A stretch of DNA of 63,149 nt, the filler included, from Choristocarpus tenellus KU-1152 (lineage: Eukaryota > Protista > Phaeophyceae): NCBI GenBank assembly GCA_964200185.2. It is 9 parts of 9 records of this genome, joined end to end, with 100 filler letters (N's around TTAATTAATTAA, not from the genome) between each part and the next. Parts side by side here need not be neighbours in the genome. Positions count along the whole stretch, not along the records: positions 51,400 to 57,308 come from CAXNAD020009447.1; positions 57,409 to 63,149 come from CAXNAD020009868.1; 7 more parts are not named here. One strand, given 5' to 3'. Positions 54,500 to 63,149 of this stretch are shown here, in pieces. Within the stretch, counting starts at the first letter, position 1. Every line of letters begins with the position of its first letter. The notes beneath the pieces are model-generated. The model was not told the origin of the DNA and made no database searches. It saw only the letters and a program-made list of their open reading frames with translations. Both the position numbers and the translations under genes were made by a program.

Positions 54500-55580
54500 A
54501 GTCCATCTAGGGTGACCCCCAGAAGCCTACTCTCTGGCAGCGCTTGACATGGAGGCAAGCCAAGATGAACTAACTGCCTCCTTAACCCCCTCCGCATTAA
54601 ATACCTTCCACTCCCACCTGGCAAGCGCCCGGAAATATCCCAAACTTCAAAGAGAGAATTTCTACAATGGCTTTAGCTCGTCATTGGAGTCAGTATTGGC
54701 AAGGGGAAAACGTGGACAAGTCCTCAACCCCTTGAGCCAGGAAGGCGGATCCGTTAACCCAAATGCTGCCCTCTGGTGAACTAATCTCTACGGGTAGAGT
54801 ATCCAACCACTGCCCAGCAGCTGGACGTAGATGGCACGGTTTGGGTGGAGTCACGCACGCACATTCCCCAAGGATGGAGACAGGTATGGCAGCACTACCC
54901 TATTGTCCAGGCAACAGGGCAGTTTCTGTACGCTGATGGGCATTCCCTTCACTCTCGAAGATGGAACCTCATGGCAGCACTACCCTATTGTCCAGGCAAC
55001 AGGGCAGTTTCTGTACGCTGATGGGCATTCCCTCCACTCTCGAAGATGGAACCTCCTTCACCTTTAATCGGAATTTCAACCCGGATGCGACCTTCCTTGC
55101 TGGGACACTGCCCAAGCAGTCATTGATCCCAACTGGCAAAATGGTGTGATACCGAGCGTGGTCTTCACAGAGAGGTCAAAGCGGCGCTGCCACCTAGAAT
55201 AACTCTCACTGAATAACGTTGCCACTACTACTGCAGCACCTGAGATCTGGAAGCGTAGTTAACAAGAGAGGTCGTTCGACCTTCGTAGTTTTAACCTCAA
55301 ACAGCTTAACAGTGGAGATCCTCAGGTGTTTAGGCACGCAGGCGGAGCAATTCCTGGGTGAACTGACGAATCACCATGTAGTGGGTGGTTGGGGTCCTGA
55401 GAGATTTTGTAGGAAGAGAGAAGTGAAGGCACACTTGTGACAGATTGTGCTAGTCACTACACAGACGGCTATCACCAGGCGTGTCATGCAGTTTAAGCTG
55501 GAGAGACAAGTGGGTTTGTGGGCTAGATGAGTCTTGACTGAATCGTGGAACTCTTTTGTTGTTTCTAGACCGCCTTGATA
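54500..55580 (+). mobile_element. Decayed 3' part of a CRE-type non-LTR element (zinc knuckle and restriction-like endonuclease region) with an 85-bp tandem duplication
   Basis: SHART..WQHYPIV..GIP.TLEDG..NFNPD; later VEILRCLGTQAEQFLGELT...QIVLVTTQTAITRRV. Duplication at 54886-54970 and 54971-55055. Confidence 0.65.
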
Positions 55581-57408
55581 GCATTAGGAGCAATTTTGGC
55601 TATTATAATTATTTTCTATATAGCAGTCTTTTTTTCAAGTTCACTGGAACTCTAATTGGTGTATCCGAAGGACTTTCCTGTAAGAAATTTCTGAGGTCAA
55701 TCAATATGTTAATTGATAAAATGCACTGAGAATACACTACATCTTGGAACACTTGTGAGGTGTATAGGTACGCACACGAGTTTATGATTATGTTCGTTTG
55801 TCTTCTCTAAAAAATAATTATTCTCGGATCCAATTTTTTTTCATTCCTTTCGATTCGATCACTTTTGTTAGTTACTGCTACTGTTGCTATTGTCCACCCT
55901 AAAAATAAGACATTTCTTCTACCGGAGTACAAGAGTTCACATAGTAGTACAGAGTATATCCCCTTTCTACTACATATTAGTTCATCAAAAGTAAAATATT
56001 TCAACTTACAAGTAAGGGATCCAATTCTTCACTACAATAACGGAGAAAAGAGAGACATTTCGAAAATTCAAGTACACAGTTGGTTGTGTTGCGGGGTGTG
56101 GGACAGCACATCAGAAACGACTCCTCCAACCATTACAATAATAGATAGGACGCCCAAACCGTCACTACTTGTTATAAAAATAACTAGTACCGTAGTTATC
56201 TGTACATGCACAGAAACATAACTGGCATAGACAGGTGATTGGGAGCCCTAGTACAGACAGAACATTTGTGACTCATTGTAATTCCTCCTGATTGTTGTAA
56301 TCAGCTTGTAGTGTTGGTATGTCTGTTTGAAGGACCACAGTACGCCTCATTTGTAGTCATTGCCCCTACTACAGTAACCTTATTTACCCCCGGTGCCAAG
56401 CTGTCCTTCCCAAAGAGTATATGTCCTAATCTTCTCGCACATACACCTTGAACCATCGATTCAACTGCACCCTGCCCCCATCCACACTCTTGATGCTCAC
56501 ACTGACTCAATGCTCAAGTGGTGGGACTGTTCATACCCCTGACATCGTTTGCATTTGCTCCACAACGAGCACAGACATTCCTCTTGAATCGAGGACCCCC
56601 ACAGGCCCTACAAACGTGGCTCCCAGTTATGGATCCAACTTCGTCCCTGTAGTCACTCTTTTGAGGGCCATTGACCTCAAACACTGCGCTTCGAAGTATC
56701 TCGCGTGTGCCATATATAGCAGCATCAAATGTCTTCCCCACATCCACCACACCTTGCCCCCCTGACCATGCCACAGCGTCCCTTTTGTGGAGTACATGAT
56801 GAGGTATTCCAATGTTCAAGGAGAGGTAACGCCACCACAAAGAGATGGAGAGGGGGAATTTATCATCAGGGAGGGGTGGTGACATGGGTGAGAGATGGGA
56901 AGCGATCAATGAGTTTCTTACCACACAATTATATGTAAACAATACAGTTGGTGAAAGTTTGGTTGGCGTACTTGCTGCTATCACCATCAATAGCCAAGTC
57001 GGGGGCATTTGTTGTTTGTATTTCGAAGTACAGGGTTTGATGAAAGGTGAGGTCAGCCCAATACTTTTTCAGAGTGATTGTATGGACGATTTTACTCGGG
57101 CCCTGGGCAAAGTCGGCATGCACAATGTGTTTATAGTAGTAGAGGGCCACAGGGATCGATTGAGGGTCAGAAAGTCACAGTAACAGTCCTTTTGCCCAGT
57201 CAGAATAAGTGCTTCTTGCTGTAAGGTGCATGTTTATAATCTACTAGCATATCAATCTGTTTCCAGTCGATTCAAGGGGAAAACTATGACTCAAAGTATC
57301 TGGGGGGGNNNNNNNNNNNNNNNNNNNNNNNNNNNNNNNNNNNNNNNNNNNNTTAATTAATTAANNNNNNNNNNNNNNNNNNNNNNNNNNNNNNNNNNNN
57401 NNNNNNNN

Positions 57409-57481
57409 TTACATCAAAATCGCAACATTGGATTTTGACCCCCAAATGGACGCGGCTCTACCCTCTAAGATACTTTGGCCC
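57409..57481 (+). mobile_element. MITE family 1 right end at contig start
   Basis: Matches the last ~70 bp of family 1. Confidence 0.85.
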
Positions 57482-57620
57482 ACGGCTCTTTTTCTGCTGT
57501 AGCCTCCAGTTCCTCTCCCCCTTACCACATGTGTAGCCAGCTCATCCAGGAAACGTTCCGCTTGCTTACCAAGGCGCCCAAAACTTTCCACCACGAAGGT
57601 TTTGAGGTTGTAACTACAAA
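57482..57620 (-). mobile_element. CRE-type 3' fragment
   Basis: VESFGRLGKQAERFLDELATHVV is homologous to 55310-55440 and 60257-60496. Confidence 0.7.
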
Positions 57621-57837
57621 GAAGGTCAAAAGAGTAGTATCAAATTTGGCGGTATGAATTACTTACATATTATACCACTACATCTGCATGCAAAAGTGTT
57701 TTGGGGGTAATTTGGTAAGAACAAATTCACTTTTGTACAGTGGTAGTAATTATTGGGGCTGTGGGAAAGGCTAACCAATCCAATGAGTAAGTCAGAAATC
57801 GTCAATTATCCACTCCACCACCAGTGAGAACTGGAAA

Positions 57838-57978
57838 GAGTGAAATTATGTTAGAGGGTATGAGATTTGCCCTGTTTGTCCATTTGGGGCTTGACTTCCC
57901 ATGGGGGTTTTTTATTACATTTTCCTACTCCAAAATGTTTCTGTGTAGGTAAAATATATACGCTATGAAAAGGTGTGT
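57838..57978 (+). mobile_element. MITE family 1, truncated left half
   Basis: Matches the first ~140 bp of family 1. Confidence 0.8.
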
Positions 57979-58013
57979 AAGGAGGACCATGACTGAATAT
58001 TATAATCAAGATG

Positions 58014-59798
58014 CAGTGGGTGTACCTATATAAGAGAGGTCGATATGAGAGAAAGCGGTATATAAGAGAGGATAAATTGCCTTGTCGCGACTTTTCAGAC
58101 TATAAGAGAGGTTTCGGCGTTTTCCTCCCAATTCTCTCATATATCGAGCAAACTCGCATTTTTTTTCAGTGTTCGACCGAGGGGTTTCCAAAAAAACCAT
58201 TTCTAAAGTTAAGCAAAATATAACAAAGGCACAAACCTGCTCGACACCACTACTACACAACATAGCAACCTTTTGTCTCTCAGTACTGCACAGTACAGTA
58301 TATTAAGTACATCGCATCAAGTTTAGACGGCTGCATTGTACAGATATAACGATGCCCTGCGCAGCGGGATCCAGCTGCAACATACAGGGTAATACCTATT
58401 GGTCCGCCACACTATACATGCCGTAAGTGTCGCCTTTGTAGCGGCTATCTTCATGGCATTTGTGGCGTCGTGGATCCTTTTGGCATCAGTGAAATGAAAC
58501 GTGTGTGCAAATTGTACTTGAGCCCCACCAGGCGCAAGGCTTCGATTCCTCCAGCCAGTGACAACATGGCGTTGAAGCACTATGATAACAAGAACAAGGA
58601 CAAGGGGAAAGTGCTGCCAAATACATCCTACGGAGAGAGCCGCATCCTACAAGCCTCGTGGTGCCGACAATCGTAATTTCTTGAGCTTTGCAGAGAAGGT
58701 GGAAGCGTTGACACTCCTGAAGACCATGGCGGAAACTCTGGTTGCTGAAAAGCTTGGCATCGGTCACAGCACCATCTACATGTTGAAGAAGGAGGCAACA
58801 ACCATCATGGAGAGAGCATAGACGCTGAAACCTGACGCCAAGTCTACGAGGGGTGCCAAACATGTCGAGGCGCGTCAGCGCGTGGATTATAAATCTGAAA
58901 GTAGGTTGATTGTGATCGTGATTCAATTGTCTTTCTGCAGTGTCTGCTGATGAGGATCATGATTGAATTTTTTGAAATTTTGTGTCTGTTGTATTGTAAT
59001 GTCTGTACTGTGTACTGTAGTATTACAAATGGGCATTTTGCTCGTAGAGGTACGTCCCACAAGGTGTCCCTATATGATAATGAGGATCTCCCCGATGGTC
59101 TTGACGCTCTGCACCTCATACCCTGTGGAAAACCATCTCAGGCTTCCATCGACGCAACGAGAAAGTGGATCGGTGTGGAAGACAGCAATGAAGTGGCTAA
59201 TGCAGTACGAGAGGACATGAAAGACCAGCTGCTCGAGGGATTCTTGTAACAGTCAGACAGTGGAAGCTCGGGTGACGAGGATGACAATGGGTTTATGGGA
59301 GGGGTCAGCGCATCGGGGGCTGTGAGGAAAGGAGCAACCTCTTCAGTGTTCTCAATTCCTCCACCACGGATGCTTTCTTGGGAAGGTGTACTATACGTTT
59401 GAGTGAATACATCTTAATAAGCATAATTTACGAAAGTTACAATACTCTATTCATACGACACTGGTATACTGAGCAGGGGTGGCGTAGATATGATGCTTGC
59501 TGCGCCTCCACAGCTTCATCCAGATGGGCTCACCGAGGGCAATGTTCAATATATATCCACATGTAACTACTCTGGAAGACACATGGGAAGCACACACAGT
59601 AAGGGGATCGCTCTGTGATCGTTCGGGGACAAGTATGAAGTGCCTACCAGGACTGTTGCTTGATATAACATAGGTTTCTCTTATGGCGATCCCTCCGTTT
59701 AAGAGAAAAGAGCTCTTATATACAATAAGAGAGGATCGGAATATAAGAGAGGGGTTTTTTGCTTACCCCTACCCTCTCTTATATAGGTGCACCACCTG
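58014..59798 (+). mobile_element. pogo/Tigger-like DNA transposon, internally deleted
   Basis: TIRs CAG..GGTG(T/C)ACCTATATAAGAGAGG at both ends, TA at 59799, subterminal TATAAGAGAGG repeats. CENP-B/psq-type HTH (LSFAEKVEALTLL...VAEKLGIGHSTIYMLKK) and an acidic tail are present, but no DDE core is visible. Confidence 0.85.
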
Positions 59799-60239
59799 TA
59801 ATTGGAAGGTTGTACAACAGTCTATCAATTGTTGAGATCTATTTTTTGTTCATTTGTTAATTGAAAGAAATGGAGAGTACGATGATTAAATAGAGTGGAG
59901 AAATTTTCGATAGATCGAACTGAATCGAATGGAACTGTCGGTATGCGAGAGGACATCCGCGAAACGACACGCGGTCCACGCGCAGTTACATGAGTGATAT
60001 CTTTACAACAGAAATCCTCCAAACACATATATATGGATACGAAGTCATAAACACCAATGAAATGTATTTTATCAATTATTTTGATGCCTTCTGACATTTT
60101 GTAGATGTTTCAGAGGAAACAATGAAAGGCGAAATAAATACCTGAACCCGTAAAAAAGTATCAGTTGTTGTAAATGTGGAAGACATATTTCTATTTACTA
60201 TTTTACTACAAGCTATGCTACACTACTCCAATCCTATGC

Positions 60240-60496
60240 CTCCAACTAGCTTAGCCCTACACCCCTGGGCGAGGAGGTAGGGAACCGTCGCAAGAATCTG
60301 ACAGGCCCCTCCTTGCCCATCTCCCTGGTGTCTCCATCTCGAAACGCATGACACGTCTTGATAGAGCTACTTGAGTTGTGATGGACGCTATCTGTCGTAA
60401 ACAAGATTTGACAGCTCGTTTCCTGCTGTAGTCTCCCGTCCCTCCCCCCCCTACTACGTGCGTAGCCAACTCATCCAGAAACCTTTCTGGTTGCAT
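60240..60496 (-). mobile_element. 5'-truncated CRE-type 3' end
   Basis: ERFLDELATHVVGGGGTGDYSRKRAVKSCLRQIASITTQVALSRRV...stop. Confidence 0.7.
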
Positions 60497-60718
60497 GAAA
60501 TGTATGTATTGTGAGTTTTGTGTTGTGACATCAATGGATGAAGTTAAACAATGAACTTAGAAATTGTTAAGTCACAGATGGGAGTGACTACAGTATTTCT
60601 AATGGAAATTGAAAACAAAAACGAGACATATTTTGCGATAAATAGAAATGTATATACTTGTTCTGTGACCTTGGACAAGTTCAGTAGTCACACTGTCTCC
60701 TCTGTGTATTGAGACAAA

Positions 60719-60977
60719 GAGTGATAGTATCTTAGAGGGTACGAGTTTTTCCCTGTTTGTCCATTTAAACCTTGACTTCCCACGGGGTTTTTTATGACAT
60801 TTTCCTACTTCAAAAGGTTTCGGAGTAGGTAAAATGTGTACGTTATGAAAAGGTGTGTCCGGAACATGAATATTTACACTTCCTAACAAACACGATAGCC
60901 AAAATCAAAATGAAATTGCAACATTGGCTTTTGGCACCCAAATGGACGCGGCTCTACCCTCTAAGATACTTTGGGTC
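60719..60977 (+). mobile_element. MITE family 1 copy, TSD AAA
   Basis: TIRs and interior match family 1. Confidence 0.9.
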
Positions 60978-61439
60978 AAAAAAAAAATGTCCACCCAAAC
61001 GTTTTTGGTTCAGTTATTCGGTTATTCTGATTGATCGAATTGAAACCGATTGAACAGTACTTTGTTCTTCTTGTTGGTGACAAATATATCCTCATCCCTC
61101 GTCATGATCTTCGAATTTCTGAGTTCTTTGCGATACAACACCACCACTCAATTAAATATCCATCTCGACCTGACCTCAATATGACATGGAATCCTCTAGG
61201 TAAATGGGTTCCGCTCAAGGCGCACAGGTAGGGGGGGTTCGCTTTCATAAGGTCATACTGTTTCGGTCATACTGATTCTCATCCCCACCTCAAGGTATGG
61301 CGTGTAACGGGTGCATGGAGTAGTAGAGGGCCGCCATCGTTTCGTCATTCTCCAATGTCTTTTGCCCACACTTTATTGTATCTATGCGCGTCACAGAAAA
61401 CTGCATTCTTCTCACTTTGTGAGCGCTAGCTATAATGGG

Positions 61440-61716
61440 TGGTACCAGTAGCTTCACCCTCTGGGGTTGTCCCGTCATAACGTTTGATGTAGAGACATCG
61501 GATTAAAAAATAAAAAGCATATTAGTGATGCCCCTCACAAAACTCTCACAGCCTTCGGGGGGGTTTTCTGTACCTTTTTATTTTTTGAAGAAAGAGCGTT
61601 CATGTTGGGGTTCGAACCCTGGATTGTAGCTCAAGAGTGGCAACATGTAAACTATTACTTGATTAAAGTATAGGGTTTACAAGAGAAAAAAGCCTCCCTA
61701 CCCTCTTTCATCCTGT
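61440..61716 (-). mobile_element. Second copy of the SINE-like repeat
   Basis: Reverse-complement match to 21500-21763. Includes the palindromic B-box GGGTTCGAACCC. Confidence 0.55.
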
Positions 61717-62538
61717 ATTAATTTCTCGAATTAATGTAGGCTGGGAGGAAGCCTAGATCAACTTTATACGTCCAACCCTAAGTCCAGGAACAAGAGTAGA
61801 TGTACGGCATCTTGCAAGAAGTGGGAGACACCAAACCATCGGTTTGCAAATAGTCTCAATCTCACCTCTTCTTCTTTCCTGGCGTCCACGTCGATGGCTA
61901 CCTCCACCTGCTTCGCGACCTCTTCTAAGTAAAGGATTCGGTGTATCGAAAAGTCTTCACGGCTGCCTTTGTTACGATCGCTTTCTCCTCCGCCTTGCGA
62001 GCCCTTTCGACCTTCTCTCAGGCCTCAGAGCCCTTGTAGGCCAACCCCAACACCTTCTTTCTCGTTTCCTTAAGCCACTCCGGCTCGTACAGCTTCCAAA
62101 CAGCCAGGGCCTGCTGCAACTGTCGACTGCTAAGATATTCTACACCCGGGTTTTCGCGTAGGCATTTCCTGAGTGCAATGGCACGCAGTCGCACTGCTCT
62201 CTTCCCCAACCTTCCCTTCGGATGGCCACTATCTTTCCCTCGCCCGCCGTGACCAGGGTCCCGGGTCAAAGTATCTGGGGGGGGTGCTGGCGTCCATTTT
62301 TGACCCTTCCCCGCAGACTTCGTCACTGTACCTCCTGGTGATGGATTCGCCCCTCTCTTCCTGCTTTCCCGAGGTGGTATAGGCTGCCGAGCAGTTCTCC
62401 GACGTGGTTGAAGACCCAACCACGTTTGTGTGGTAAAGTTTTCAATGCATCTTCTCTCAGCATCAGTGTCACGACCGCGTGGTCCATTTCGCGATTTGAT
62501 CATGCTGCTGTTACTACTCGCACTTTATAGTCACCTAA

Positions 62539-62802
62539 GAGTCAAAGTATCTTAGAGGGTAGGGCCGCGTCCATTTGGGGGCCAAAATCCAATGTTGCGA
62601 TTTCCATGTAATTTTATCCGTCGTATTTGTTAGGAAGTGTCAATATCCTTGTTCCGGACACACCATTTCATAACATACACATATAACCTACTCCGAAACA
62701 TTTTGGAGTAGGCAAAATATCATAAAAACCCCATGGGAAGCCAAGCCCCAAATGGACAAACAGAACAGGGCAAAACTCGTACCCTCTAAGATACTTTCAC
62801 TC
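62539..62802 (-). mobile_element. MITE family 1 copy, TSD CTAA
   Basis: Near-perfect TIRs flanked by CTAA on both sides. Confidence 0.92.
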
Positions 62803-63149
62803 CTAACATTGCACTGAGTGTCACACGGTACTTGCTTTTCCTAGGCCTCTCGACAGAGAAGGTGCCGAGGGTAGATCCAGGGGGCGGCCTCGGCGGCTCT
62901 CCTTGACTCATCATCGCGGTTCATGTTGCTGTGTAAGTCACGAGTGTGTGTCCTCACAGAATGTCTGTAAAAGGCGTTAAAAGGATGCCCAGAAATCTTG
63001 AATTTTGGGGGGGGGACATCTCACCAGCCAAACTTGGACAGGGACCTACCCCGGACCAGGTTTCTGGAAGAAGTTCAGCCAACTACAGTACCTACCCCGA
63101 TGTTGTTCACCCATGGGCATACCCGAAAAAAGCTGCACAGAATTGATGT

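Noticed and set aside
56560-56620. Fanzor/TnpB zinc finger
   Set aside because: No RuvC motifs and no DRD.NAA.N signature after the Cys pairs.
62263-62306. 44-bp autonomous hairpin element
   Set aside because: Matches the first ~45 bp of the family 2 variant at 33438, so it is a truncated end.

Overview
Eukaryotic nuclear DNA, most likely a photosynthetic stramenopile or brown alga. This is inferred from the alpha-tubulin sequence, GT-AG introns, a bipartite plastid-targeting peptide, a nuclear sigma-70 factor and TTAGGG repeats. The window is not one locus: nine segments are joined by eight identical 100-nt artificial linkers (N44-TTAATTAATTAA-N44), so adjacency across linkers is unsupported and several genes are cut off. 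Host genes I can support: alpha-tubulin (complete), prefoldin subunit 3 (5' part), an HPS5/TECPR2-like WD40 gene (5' part), jouberin/AHI1-like WD40 exons, a plastid-targeted JmjC NO66/RoxA-like oxygenase (5' part), a plastid sigma factor (last exon), an intronless F-box-like/ankyrin protein and an ARM-repeat protein. The rest is mostly transposon-derived: a decayed Ty3/Gypsy pol, a plant-type (DD39D) mariner, an internally deleted pogo, CRE-type non-LTR fragments, a possible tRNA-derived SINE, and about 20 copies or ends of MITEs from at least three families sharing one terminal inverted repeat (TIR). I found no clear-cut new multi-gene system. The best leads are the shared-TIR MITE swarm, short TTAGGG insertions (one inside a MITE copy) and the plastid-targeted ribosomal-oxygenase-like protein. 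All family assignments come from reading motifs by eye, not from database searches.
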